Shown: one piece after another, positions 1 through 9,901 of the stretch
Layout: each line of letters begins with the position of its first letter
Numbering within the stretch: position 1 is the first letter of the stretch
Assembly (NCBI GenBank): GCA_965214835.1
Contig: CBDCCK010000002.1
Coordinates: 544,001 to 608,000, forward strand
Source: Nitrosopumilaceae archaeon
GTDB lineage: Archaea > Thermoproteota > Nitrososphaeria > Nitrososphaerales > Nitrosopumilaceae
Length of the DNA: 64,000 nucleotides
Reading direction: 5' to 3'
Program-made: the position numbers and the translations under genes
Notes under the pieces: model-generated
Databases searched by the model: none
What the model was told of the DNA's origin: nothing
What the model saw: the letters and a program-made list of their open reading frames with translations, nothing else

Positions 1-93
1 CTGGGCCGGATCGCACCAGTTTGCACTACCAAGATTGAAATACCAAAGTGCCATACTGCTTCCAAGGATGAAGTCGCCGAGAGGCTGACCGAT

Positions 94-1287
94 ATGGGAA
101 AAAACAAACTGCATACGAAAAAGGACACTGCCAAACATACAAAAAAATCCAGACTCCTTGCAAACCCTGACATAAAGCGGTGGTATGACAACTTGGCCCG
201 CGGTAGCATGAACACCGCCGAAGGGCGCCTCAGACGGCTGGGACGATTCTGCGAGACGCATCAGATGACTCCAGTTCAATTGGCAGATATTGCAACGAAG
301 GATCTGAGGACTGTGACTGACCTGCTTGAGGATCACATAACCATGATGGAGGAAAAAGGAAGATCCCCCGGATACATAGACGAGCAGATAAAGACCGTAA
401 AGTCCTGGCTCAGACACTTTGACGTGGAGATAAAGCGCAAGATGCGGGTCAGATCCATCAACTTTACGCCCACGCTGCAAAACGAGCGCGTCCCTGACGC
501 GCAGGAGATGTCAGAGATATACAGCCGCGCCGGACTGCGCGAATCGGTGATAATATCACTAATGGCAAAGTCCGGCCTGAGGCCGGAGGTCATCGGAAAC
601 CACAACGGAACAGACGGACTGACCATTGCCGACCTGCCTGACATTGTAATCCACCAGAGCAAGGCCAAGTGTATCAGAATGCCAAACAGAATAGTGGTAC
701 GGCGCGAGCTCTCAAAGGCAAGACACCAGTACTTTACGTTTGGAACCAAATCTGCAACAAACCACCTTGTGGCATACCTCAACGACAGGCTGTCACACGG
801 TGAGCCCCTCCACGGAGACTCGCCGGTAGTCGCACCTGACTATGTCTACAAGACCAACCGGGGCAGAAACGCTGCAAAAAAGTTCCTGCCTACGCCACGC
901 ATAAGCAAGCTGGTCAGGGACGTGTTCCGGCCGCGATTTGCGTGGAGGCCATACGTGCTGCGCCCGTACTTTGACACGCAACTGCTAATCGCAGAGTCCA
1001 AGGGAAAGATTGCGCATGACTTTCGCGTGTTCTTTATGGGACACAAGGGAACCATGGAGGCGCGGTATACCACGAACAAGGGGGTCCTCCCCGAGGTTCT
1101 GGTGGCCGAGATGCGCGAGGCGTTTCTCAGGGCAGAAGAACACCTGGAGCAGACCGATACGGATCCGATGCTGGAGCAAAGAATCGAGGCACAGGGCATC
1201 ATCGAGACTGCAACGCCAGAACAGCTTGACCGTGTGCTAGAGGTGCTAAACGCACCGGCAAGACGGGCCAAGCCAGGTCGTAGTTGA
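94..1287 (+). CDS. Tyrosine recombinase / site-specific integrase
   Basis: Catalytic pattern SGLRPE (R), ELSK (K), YVLR (HxxR variant), FMGH, ARY (Tyr). A probable C-terminal module continues in the +1 frame to 1387. Confidence 0.85.
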   Translation: MGKNKLHTKKDTAKHTKKSRLLANPDIKRWYDNLARGSMNTAEGRLRRLGRFCETHQMTPVQLADIATKDLRTVTDLLEDHITMMEEKGRSPGYIDEQIKTVKSWLRHFDVEIKRKMRVRSINFTPTLQNERVPDAQEMSEIYSRAGLRESVIISLMAKSGLRPEVIGNHNGTDGLTIADLPDIVIHQSKAKCIRMPNRIVVRRELSKARHQYFTFGTKSATNHLVAYLNDRLSHGEPLHGDSPVVAPDYVYKTNRGRNAAKKFLPTPRISKLVRDVFRPRFAWRPYVLRPYFDTQLLIAESKGKIAHDFRVFFMGHKGTMEARYTTNKGVLPEVLVAEMREAFLRAEEHLEQTDTDPMLEQRIEAQGIIETATPEQLDRVLEVLNAPARRAKPGRS

Positions 1288-1456
1288 CAGTCTGCAGGCA
1301 GAACGGCTCATCGCATCGGGGCACAGGTTTGTAGGAATCTTGCCAAACGGCAGGGTAGTCCTGCAAAGGAACCCGAACCCAAAGTGAAGGCGGGTCTGGA
1401 GGGATGTGGTTTTGCAGGCTGGTGCCTCATACAAAAGGGGCATGATGGTTTTCATA

Positions 1457-1880
1457 TCACATGTCCACCACCGCGCTTGCAGCCGTGAGATTTTCATGTA
1501 CGGACAAGCCGTGGCTCCCGTGGGAGGCATGGGCGGCAGGAGGCAGGTTGGGCGGCAGTATGAACCGTCCGGCCAGCTCTGGGTATCTTTTAAGGAACGC
1601 CTCCACCCAGTAGACCTTTTGCGTAATCGGTGCAAGTCAAAAAAATCAGGCAGCTTTTGCGTCATTTTTGGCAATTATGCACAAGGTCTAGTAGGGCATC
1701 CAGTAAAGGTTGTTCAACAGATAGCCCTCAACGTTCTCTGTGATGCCATCCCTGTCCAGCCACTCCCTTGTTTTCTGCCAGTGATCTTGGTTTTTGTAAT
1801 CAACCAGATCGTAAAGCCGCGCCCCTTCTGGTCAGGCATGAAAACCACGCCCGCAGGAGAATCCATGCCCGATTGATCAA
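1457..1880 (-). pseudogene. Relic gene of unknown function disrupted by a MITE
   Basis: Removing 1612-1689 plus one AGT copy joins LYDLVDYKNQDHWQKTREWLDRDGITENVEGYLLNNLYWMPY in frame to WVEAFLKRYPELAGRF...; a further stop lies upstream. Boundaries approximate. Confidence 0.5.
1612..1689. mobile_element. 78-bp MITE (family B) related to the IS5/DDE_Tnp_4 relic at 50521
   Basis: Ends AGACCTTTTGCGTAAT / ATTATGCACAAGGTCT are imperfect inverted repeats; AGT is duplicated on both sides; the same end occurs at 50521. Confidence 0.75.
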
Positions 1881-1990
1881 GGGCAGCTGGATTCCATACG
1901 TCAGATCCAGTCACAATCGGAACTAACTGCGGATCGCCTAGCAAATGGATGAATCTCGTATCCTAGCAGACCTTGCCAGCTATAATCAAG

Positions 1991-3133
1991 TCAGTTTCTA
2001 GACTTGAGATACCTTCTGATTCCAAACACCGCTCCGACCGGGGCTGCAACATACATTCCCAGGTTCAGTGCAATGACTGAGATTCCATATCCCAGTACCT
2101 CGGATTCAGAGCCCTCATCTGCGAGACTCATTATGCCCAGCGTCGATATCATCGGAGTGATTGCAGTCCTTACCACCTCCTTGAATGCGGGGGATTCTCT
2201 TTCCCAGTCGGCAATGGTTGGTGAGAACAAATAGTACAGTTGGTTGAATCCCGTCATGAATGCCGCACCGGATGCGGTGCTGTATAGCGTGCCATCCCTG
2301 ACCTCTCTGAGCAGCTGGATCTGTGGTGCAAGCTCGGAGCCATACGCTGCAGTTGCAATCAGACAGCCGCCTCGATCCTCAACACATACGTCGCCTCTCT
2401 GCGAAAATCCGGCCGGACATTCGATGGTGGTTACTATTGGTTGACATGTGCCGTCCGCATCAGGCTCGTATCCGGGCTCACACTCTGGCTCCGGAGGCTC
2501 TACTAGCTGGCATACGCCGTCTGCATCAGGCTCGTATCCGGGCTCACACTCTGGCTCCAGAGGTTTTATGAGCTGGCATACGCCGTCCGCATCAGGCTCG
2601 GTTCCAGGTCCGCATTGTGGCTGCACAGTCTCGCGCTCTGGAGGATCAGGATCAACTTCTGGCGGTACAGTATCTATGACTCCGGTGCTGCCGCCAAAGG
2701 TAAATGTAGTTGTTATCATGTCAATGCCATGATTGGCAGTTATTACATATTCGCCACCGTCAGACCATAGACTTCCAGATGCTACAAAGGTAGTCTCAAA
2801 TGTGCCGTCAATATTTGGAGTTATTTGATCAACACTTACAAGATTGCCTTGGGGTCCATAAATCGTAACAGTCACAGGATCGATGTCTTCAACGTTGATT
2901 TTGCCGGTCAAGGTTATGGTGTTTCCATCGGCATACGTGTCCTGATCCGTGTCTAGTTCAAGATTTGCGCTTACTCTGTTTTCTCCATCAAGAGCGTCAA
3001 CACATAGATTATTATCAAGAACCTGATCAGGTCCGCATTCTGGAGGCTCCTCTTGTGCATGCGAGGCCGGGGCGCCATATGATACTATGCCAAGTGCCAA
3101 AATTGCCATTGCCAGATACGGTAAAGTCCTCAT
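1991..3133 (-). CDS. CFI-box-CTERM surface protein with Cys/Pro repeats
   Basis: Signal peptide; GGCLIATAAYGSELAPQIQLLRE motif; C-terminal TM plus basic tail; repeated ECEPGYEPDADGVCQL. Confidence 0.85.
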   Translation of the reverse strand: MRTLPYLAMAILALGIVSYGAPASHAQEEPPECGPDQVLDNNLCVDALDGENRVSANLELDTDQDTYADGNTITLTGKINVEDIDPVTVTIYGPQGNLVSVDQITPNIDGTFETTFVASGSLWSDGGEYVITANHGIDMITTTFTFGGSTGVIDTVPPEVDPDPPERETVQPQCGPGTEPDADGVCQLIKPLEPECEPGYEPDADGVCQLVEPPEPECEPGYEPDADGTCQPIVTTIECPAGFSQRGDVCVEDRGGCLIATAAYGSELAPQIQLLREVRDGTLYSTASGAAFMTGFNQLYYLFSPTIADWERESPAFKEVVRTAITPMISTLGIMSLADEGSESEVLGYGISVIALNLGMYVAAPVGAVFGIRRYLKSRN

Positions 3134-3194
3134 TGGGTAAATTTATGATTGTTAATGCATATTTATGTATTCAAGGAAACAAAAATTGACTTGA

Positions 3195-6100
3195 TTATGT
3201 CCGAATTACACCTTTTTTGACCAAGAATTCAAGCCCGCCCAAATATTCCTGATCGGATATCAGGCCATCAATCCAGTACCTGGCATGAGTTTTTAGCCAT
3301 GTCGGAACCGGCGCATCATCATTTGCGGCATTTCCGAGGTACTTGGGATCTAATACGGATCTAATCACGTCACGATACGCCTGATCCGGGCCGCCATCTA
3401 GCCACCTTAGGACGTCTGCCCGGAAGGATGCCGGGATGGATTTGGCATTTAGAGAAAAGCGACTCTCCCCGACTTTGACATCCTGATAGTAGACACCAAC
3501 CCCATAGTCTCCAGGCAGTGAGCTTGAATCAAGCGTGAAAACCCCTCGATAGTTGCCGGTGCCCGATGGAACCACGGCAAAGCCCCGCTGCGTGTCATCT
3601 GGCAGTATCAGTATCACCTCCACTGGAACGCCGCGCTTGTGTCCGGCTATGTTTCCGCTCAGGACGACATCAACAGAGCCCGGGAATGCCGGCAGATCAA
3701 ATGCATGCGAGTTGAGTCTGGGCACGGACTGGTATAGGCCAGACGTTGCAGGTTGCCTAGACAGGGAAGCAATGCCCGGCTCCCCCGATGAGTCCCTAAA
3801 GTCAAAGTACCGCACGTCGATGCTGCCGCCGGAGGTGTAGACCAGCTCGGTGCCGCCTTTGCCGCATATCTGAGACGGCATCTTGAAGACTCCCTTGAAG
3901 ACGCCCGAGCTGGCGCTTGTTTCCACCAGGGAAAAGCCGGAGGAGGCCAGTCCGCCGTGCTCAATGCCGTCAATGGTACACCGCTCATATCTTACTCCCT
4001 TGATTTTTACCTCCAGCAGCAGCTCGCCGCCCGAGCCGCCTACCGCATCGACATTTTCCGAGTAGGGATCGTCAATGACAGAATAGATGTCGACCCGATC
4101 ATGCTTTAGGTTAAGATCAGGATCGGAGAGGGTTATCGTGACGGGCCTTCCAAACCCGTATGATGACTTGTCAACAGATACCCTGCCAGAGTGGGTGAGT
4201 ATCGGGGATTTTGCTGCAGTAGGTACGAGTGTCCCCACGCCAGATATATCAGAGTAGGAGACTGTTATTCCGTCCTCGTCTATCATCCTGTCAGTTACAA
4301 CAAATCTTACGTCACCGCCAATCGGGCGCAGCGTCTTGGCCAGGTCAGGCGTGATGATGTTGAGCTGGTTTGACACTGCGTATTCCAGGGTTCCTGCAAA
4401 GGCCCCGGAATTACTTGCGGTCTCCTCTAGCTCAAATCTGTAGATGGCGTTGTTGATGTCCTGGTCTCCTCGCAGGCCAAATGAAAAGAGGTCAAAAACT
4501 ACGGGCCGGGCGCCGCCCTTGCCTGAAACCGCCGCAGGGGTACTGTCGTTTGAATCATCAAAGTTGATGACAAGGTAGGCCGCTCCTGACTTTTCCAGGA
4601 TCGAGCTTGCGTCGGCGTCCTGAATCTGGACAAGTCCCTGAAACTGTCTTAGATCCCCGGAGGCGGCAACTACCACCGGGGAGGCATCGGAGAGATCCCC
4701 AAAGTGGAGCGAGATGCTAGTATCAGAGATGTCATCCAGGCCCAGATCCCCCTCAAGGGAGCGCAGGTCATAGTTTAGCCAATTCGTGCCCCGCTCCTCA
4801 GGGCCACCAATCAGTAGCTCCCCAAGCGAGGACGCAGTTATTCCTAGGTTCATTGACAGTTTTTCAAAGGGGGTCAAGACAGTTCTTGTGTCCAAAAACA
4901 GCCGCGCAGAGCTCTCATCCGAGGTCGACGAGGGGATGCCGGTTCCCGCAGGTAGCGGATCAGTGGAGGACGCGTAAACCCTCACGTCAGAGGCAGAGCC
5001 CAGGGTAATCGGGCTTCCGATGACAATTGTGGGGATGATCGAGGTGCTGCGGTACAGATCAAGGGAGTCACGAAGCCCGGAGTTTGCGTTTTGATCATTG
5101 TCATGTACGGTTATCGGAATCTCTGTCCCGGGGGTCCAGGCCCGGGGGAGGGAAAGGGACGCCTCCGCATCGGGGCCGATCGATACGGATGCAGTCGTAG
5201 AGCCGGACAGAATCGGAAGCGACCTGCCGTTGTACTTTGCATAGTCAATCCTGCCCCTCGGGGCATCAGGGATGATTCCAACAAGGGAGTCGCTTCTGCC
5301 ATCAGATGTCTCAAAGATTCCCGTGTTGGGACGTGTTTCAACAAACGTAACAATCTCCGAATAGGTTACGGCGCCGTCAGAGACAGAGGTTGACGGCTGG
5401 TTGCCATTTGTTCCCAAGGATACAACGGAGTCCACAGTCATTGAAAACAACCCGTTATCGTAGAATCCCAGGTCATCCAGGTCAGATGAAATGTCTGCTA
5501 GTCCGGGGCCCCCGCTTGGGGCAGAGCCGGCACCGGCAAATGCGCGGTAGAACACGGCAGAGGAGTCTCCGACCGCAAACGTCCAAGAGTCCTCATCGGT
5601 CGGATCCTGGTTCAGCTGCATGTCAGATATGGTGACAAAGACCTCAGAGCCTGACGGGTAGACGTCCCTGTCCAAGTCCAAGGAGGCGTTTGGAATTTCA
5701 TCATAGTGGAGGTTTACCGTCTTTGATCGGCTGCCAAAACTGTACTGTACTGCAACATCGCCGCCAAGCGAGTAAAGCTGGACTAGCGGCCAGGCATTTG
5801 AATCCAAGCCGATTTGGCCCGGGGCAACAAGGGGGTTTGTGTTAATCGGCTTGGCCTTTCGAACGACATTGTTCAGATCATCGCCCATGGTCAGACTGCC
5901 GGTACAGCCAGAAAAACCCGCCTTGCCGTTTGTAAACCCGGCTAGTCCAGTGCCGCTTGGGATCGATATTCCGTCAGCATCAGAAAAGCTGGCTCCAAAG
6001 ACGGACGCGCCAGTTTCCCCCCCACAAAACACCCCAAAATCCAGCCCCCCGCCTGCAATACCTCCATCAAGGGACGTCTGATCGGCGGCCTTTGCAGAGT

Positions 6101-6377
6101 TTGCATTTGCAAAGTAGGCGTACCAGTTCCCGTCGGATGCCTGGACCATCCTGAGCGTCCTGCCGTCAACTGTGACGTCAGGCTCTGCCCTGACCTCGGC
6201 TACGTCATTGATCGAGTCGTCAAGGACGACAACCTCGACTACCATGGAGCCGGCAAAATGATTCCCAAAGAGGGGATTTTCTGCCGAAACAAAAAGACCC
6301 GGGTCGGCATATGCGGGGGCAGTCCCTGCAAGTAGCATCATGCCCAGGGGGAGAAAATACCGCAAGTTTTCCAACAC
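3195..6377 (-). CDS. S-layer-protein-like secreted protein (thaumarchaeal)
   Basis: Signal peptide; LFVSAEN...VVEVVV N-terminus and repeated ETxxxSGxF motifs typical of Nitrosopumilus S-layer paralogs; C-terminal PVPTWLK..A.YW.DG.ISD domain. Confidence 0.7.
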   Translation of the reverse strand: MLENLRYFLPLGMMLLAGTAPAYADPGLFVSAENPLFGNHFAGSMVVEVVVLDDSINDVAEVRAEPDVTVDGRTLRMVQASDGNWYAYFANANSAKAADQTSLDGGIAGGGLDFGVFCGGETGASVFGASFSDADGISIPSGTGLAGFTNGKAGFSGCTGSLTMGDDLNNVVRKAKPINTNPLVAPGQIGLDSNAWPLVQLYSLGGDVAVQYSFGSRSKTVNLHYDEIPNASLDLDRDVYPSGSEVFVTISDMQLNQDPTDEDSWTFAVGDSSAVFYRAFAGAGSAPSGGPGLADISSDLDDLGFYDNGLFSMTVDSVVSLGTNGNQPSTSVSDGAVTYSEIVTFVETRPNTGIFETSDGRSDSLVGIIPDAPRGRIDYAKYNGRSLPILSGSTTASVSIGPDAEASLSLPRAWTPGTEIPITVHDNDQNANSGLRDSLDLYRSTSIIPTIVIGSPITLGSASDVRVYASSTDPLPAGTGIPSSTSDESSARLFLDTRTVLTPFEKLSMNLGITASSLGELLIGGPEERGTNWLNYDLRSLEGDLGLDDISDTSISLHFGDLSDASPVVVAASGDLRQFQGLVQIQDADASSILEKSGAAYLVINFDDSNDSTPAAVSGKGGARPVVFDLFSFGLRGDQDINNAIYRFELEETASNSGAFAGTLEYAVSNQLNIITPDLAKTLRPIGGDVRFVVTDRMIDEDGITVSYSDISGVGTLVPTAAKSPILTHSGRVSVDKSSYGFGRPVTITLSDPDLNLKHDRVDIYSVIDDPYSENVDAVGGSGGELLLEVKIKGVRYERCTIDGIEHGGLASSGFSLVETSASSGVFKGVFKMPSQICGKGGTELVYTSGGSIDVRYFDFRDSSGEPGIASLSRQPATSGLYQSVPRLNSHAFDLPAFPGSVDVVLSGNIAGHKRGVPVEVILILPDDTQRGFAVVPSGTGNYRGVFTLDSSSLPGDYGVGVYYQDVKVGESRFSLNAKSIPASFRADVLRWLDGGPDQAYRDVIRSVLDPKYLGNAANDDAPVPTWLKTHARYWIDGLISDQEYLGGLEFLVKKGVIRT

Positions 6378-6474
6378 ATCTGATCCGAGCCTGTCAGCAA
6401 TAACATTGTCGCAGAAATCCCCAGAAGATTGCCATATAATGTTAAATCTAGTGTTTTTGCCTACAATCAGATAA

Positions 6475-7833
6475 TTGACGATATTTGTTCAAAAGGCAAG
6501 GGTACTGCAGGTCTCGCTATTTGCAATTTTGTCGGCGTTTGCAGTAGAGCTGGTTTTTGGCCTGCTGTCAAATAGCCTAGGACTGATCACAGACAGCATA
6601 CATGCACTCCTAGACGGCATCGTGACGGTGGTCTTGCTACTAGCTGCCAGGATGGCCATGAAGCCGCCAGACAGGGAGCATACCTACGGGCACGGAAAGA
6701 TCGAGTCCCTGGGAGGGCTGTTTGGGGGAATCGCCATCCTGTTCATTGCGGGATACTTCATTTACGAGTCGCTATCCCGGCTACAGAGTACGGAGCCTGC
6801 AATGGTACTTGGAACGTTTGGGATAATCGGGGGGATATACACGATCGGGGTAGACGTATTCAGAATCGTGCTGCTTAGAAGGTCAATCAAAAAAATTGGC
6901 GGCACGACCCTCAAGGCAGACTTTTATCATGCATTCATGGATCTAGGGTCAACACTGCTGGCAATAGCCGGGATCGCCCTGGCATCAGTCGGGTTTTTCC
7001 AGGGGGACTTTATCGCAGCACTGGTGCTTGGAGGCCTGCTTGTCGCGCTAAGCATAAAGCTAATCCACAGGACCGCAATGGATCTGACGGACATCATTTC
7101 GCCAGAACTAGTCAGCAAGGCAGAGACGGCTGTAAAAAACACGCCGGGAGTCATGGGCGTAAAGTCCGTCCTGATGAGAAAGTCCGGGGACGTCATTTTT
7201 ACGGAAGTCACCGTCCTGCTGCGGGCAGACGTAAGCTTTGAGAGGGCCCACGAGATCAGTGTCGCCGTGGAGGACAACATCAAAAACGAGATTGCACGTA
7301 CGGCAGTCACGGTACACTTTGAGCCCAGCTGGAAGGACGTTCCAAAAGAGTCCAAGATCAAGGACATTGTTGCGGGAGTTCCAGGCATAAAAGACGTGCA
7401 TAACATCAACATATACACGTCAGAGTCAAAGATTTTTGCAAACCTCCACGTCATGGTTGAGGGAAGCATCGACCTGTTTGCGGCACACAGGATTGCCGAC
7501 TTGGCAGAGCAGGGGGTTCAGGAGGAGCTGCCAGAGGTTGATCACGTCACCATACACCTAGAGCCGTATGTGACGGTTCCGGAGGCATTTCATGCCGACG
7601 GTCAGAACGTCGAAGAAAATATCATGGGACTAATCATGGGGTACAAGGAGATAAGGGACGTCACACGGATTACCGCACTGAACTTTGAGGACATGCTGAA
7701 AATTGAGATAGACTGCTCGTTTGACGGATCGCTTGCGATTGAAAAGGTCCACGATGTGACATCGGAGATTGAAAGAAAGATAAAATCACGGTTCAAAAAC
7801 GCCCTGATCACAATACACCCAGAGCCGATCTGA
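6475..7833 (+). CDS. Cation diffusion facilitator (CDF) transporter with repeated C-terminal dimerisation domains
   Basis: DSIHALLD, HTYGHGKIE, ADFYHAFMD motifs; three HxEP-ending domains. Confidence 0.9.
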   Translation: MTIFVQKARVLQVSLFAILSAFAVELVFGLLSNSLGLITDSIHALLDGIVTVVLLLAARMAMKPPDREHTYGHGKIESLGGLFGGIAILFIAGYFIYESLSRLQSTEPAMVLGTFGIIGGIYTIGVDVFRIVLLRRSIKKIGGTTLKADFYHAFMDLGSTLLAIAGIALASVGFFQGDFIAALVLGGLLVALSIKLIHRTAMDLTDIISPELVSKAETAVKNTPGVMGVKSVLMRKSGDVIFTEVTVLLRADVSFERAHEISVAVEDNIKNEIARTAVTVHFEPSWKDVPKESKIKDIVAGVPGIKDVHNINIYTSESKIFANLHVMVEGSIDLFAAHRIADLAEQGVQEELPEVDHVTIHLEPYVTVPEAFHADGQNVEENIMGLIMGYKEIRDVTRITALNFEDMLKIEIDCSFDGSLAIEKVHDVTSEIERKIKSRFKNALITIHPEPI

Positions 7834-7848
7834 CCGGGGCCACGCAGG

Positions 7849-8940
7849 TCAGCCATACTGCCGGGCCCTCTGCACCCCTCTTTTCGTAAGAAGCAGGCCG
7901 CCGCCCTTGTCCTGATCCAGCAGTCCTTGGCCCTTTGAGTAACTGACTACCCCTTGCAGGTACCGGCTCGTCCAGCCCAGTGATGAGGATATGGCCGAGG
8001 GCGGCACGCTGCTACCGTGCTTGGCCTCTGTCCTAACGCAGGCAAGCAGGATTCCAGCGCTTATCTCGAGCCTTTGCCTGGAGGTTCTCTGCCACCTGCT
8101 TATCAGGCCACGGCCTGGGGCAAATACCCAGATCAGTCCGAAGATCATGCCTGCAGCCGTAGCCATAGAGCCGGCCACAGACACGTCAAGGTACAGTGCA
8201 AGGGCATATCCGGAAACGGCGCTAATCACGCCCAAGGCAACGGATGAAAGGATCATCCCAGACAGCCTGTCAGCCAGGAGATACGCCCCGGATGCGGGGA
8301 CGATAAAGAACGCGATGACCAGTATGGCGCCGACGGATTCAAAGGCTACCACCGCAGTCGTTGCAACCATTATCATCAACAGGTAATGAACAAGCAGCGG
8401 CATTAGTCCCAGGCCGGCTGCAAGGTACTTGTCAAAGGTGCCAACCTTTAGCTCCTTGTAGAGGAGCGTGATGAAGGCCACGTTTGCCACTGCTAGAATC
8501 CCAAGAACCCAAAGCGACTTTGGGCCCAGGCTGGCGTCATCCAGGTACAGCGTATCAAGCGGGACAAACTCAATCGATCCATAAAGGACGTGCTGTGCAT
8601 CTATGTGAACGTCTCCAGCCTGGGTTACAAGGATTACGCCGATCGCAAATAAAAACGGGAATACTATTCCAATGGAGCTGTCCTGTCTGAGCCTGCCTGT
8701 GCGGTAGAGCGCCTCCACTAGTGAGACGGTCAGGATTCCAGACAGTACGCCGCCTACGATTACGGGGACGGGCTCCCGTCCGCCCACGGCAAATACGGCA
8801 ATCACAATTCCCAGCAGTACAGCATGGCTGACTGCGTCGGACATCATGGCCATCTGTCTGAGAACCAAAAACGTCCCCATTGATGCGCAGTTGGCAGCGA
8901 CCAAGACTGCGGCGCCGATGATGACCAGATCAGCGGACAT
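7849..8940 (-). CDS. Mn/Zn/Fe ABC transporter permease (TroD/MntD-like) with C-terminal wHTH-like tail
   Basis: DAVSHAVLLG ABC-3 motif; likely start MSADL at 8940 overlaps the upstream stop. Confidence 0.85.
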   Translation of the reverse strand: MSADLVIIGAAVLVAANCASMGTFLVLRQMAMMSDAVSHAVLLGIVIAVFAVGGREPVPVIVGGVLSGILTVSLVEALYRTGRLRQDSSIGIVFPFLFAIGVILVTQAGDVHIDAQHVLYGSIEFVPLDTLYLDDASLGPKSLWVLGILAVANVAFITLLYKELKVGTFDKYLAAGLGLMPLLVHYLLMIMVATTAVVAFESVGAILVIAFFIVPASGAYLLADRLSGMILSSVALGVISAVSGYALALYLDVSVAGSMATAAGMIFGLIWVFAPGRGLISRWQRTSRQRLEISAGILLACVRTEAKHGSSVPPSAISSSLGWTSRYLQGVVSYSKGQGLLDQDKGGGLLLTKRGVQRARQYG

Positions 8941-9901
8941 GGCCACCTGTCCCCGGGGCATCGCCGGAGGGCTCCCGTGTCTTGACTGCGGTGCCCGGCC
9001 CTCCTCTCTTGCGGATATGACAGAACAGATAGCCACGTCTTGGCGAAAAAAGCAGTGAAGCGCCCAAAATGGCGGTAATTGCAATGACAATCACCGGCCC
9101 GGTTGAGATGCCCTCTGCCGTGCTGCTTATAACCGAGCCTGTTATTCCACTCAGGCCGCCAAACGCTGCAGAAAGGGCCAGCATTCTTCCCAGGCCGGAT
9201 GTCCACTGCCTGGCAGCTGCTGCAGGGGCCACCAGCATGGCAACCATCAGGACCACCCCGACCGTATGCAGTCCGATGACTACGGCTATAACGATGACAG
9301 AGGTCAGCAGTGCTGTGATATGCCTGGTTGGAAATCCCAGGCTTTGTCCAAAGGCACCGTCAAAGGTGGCGATTTTGAACTCCTTGAAAAATAATATCAA
9401 TATGGCAAGACAGCCTGCCGCCAGAACCCCCAGATTGATCACGTCGCCCTCAACTAGCGCTGCTGCCTGTCCAAAGAGAAACCTGTCCAGTCCCCCCTGG
9501 CCTGCCCCGCCCGTGTTTTGCAGGTGGGTGAGGATGACGACTCCCAGCCCGAAGAATACAGAGAGCGTAATCCCAAGTGCCGCATCCTGCTTGATTCTAG
9601 TGGTGCTCGTAATTGCCAGGGCTATGATTCCCCCAAGCCAGGCAAAAATGGCGGCGCCCAGCATCAAGAGCAGCGAGTCCTTGGCGCCGGCAAGGAGGTA
9701 CGCAACCCCGATGCCCGGCAGGGCTGCATGTGACAGGGCATCTCCAAAAAGGCTCTGCCTTCTGAGCACGGTAAAGCATCCCAGGGCACCACTGGTCACA
9801 CCCAGCATGGCAGAGCCCAGGGCAACATGCCTCAGGGTATAGTCTGCAAGGATTCCAAAAAACATGCCCGGGATCTCGATCATCGGCATCGACCCCTTCA
9901 T
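8930..9901 (-). CDS. Mn/Zn/Fe ABC transporter permease (TroC/MntC-like)
   Basis: GDALSHAALPG, LVAPAAAAR motifs; multiple TM helices. Confidence 0.9.
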   Translation of the reverse strand: MKGSMPMIEIPGMFFGILADYTLRHVALGSAMLGVTSGALGCFTVLRRQSLFGDALSHAALPGIGVAYLLAGAKDSLLLMLGAAIFAWLGGIIALAITSTTRIKQDAALGITLSVFFGLGVVILTHLQNTGGAGQGGLDRFLFGQAAALVEGDVINLGVLAAGCLAILILFFKEFKIATFDGAFGQSLGFPTRHITALLTSVIVIAVVIGLHTVGVVLMVAMLVAPAAAARQWTSGLGRMLALSAAFGGLSGITGSVISSTAEGISTGPVIVIAITAILGASLLFSPRRGYLFCHIRKRGGPGTAVKTREPSGDAPGTGGHVR

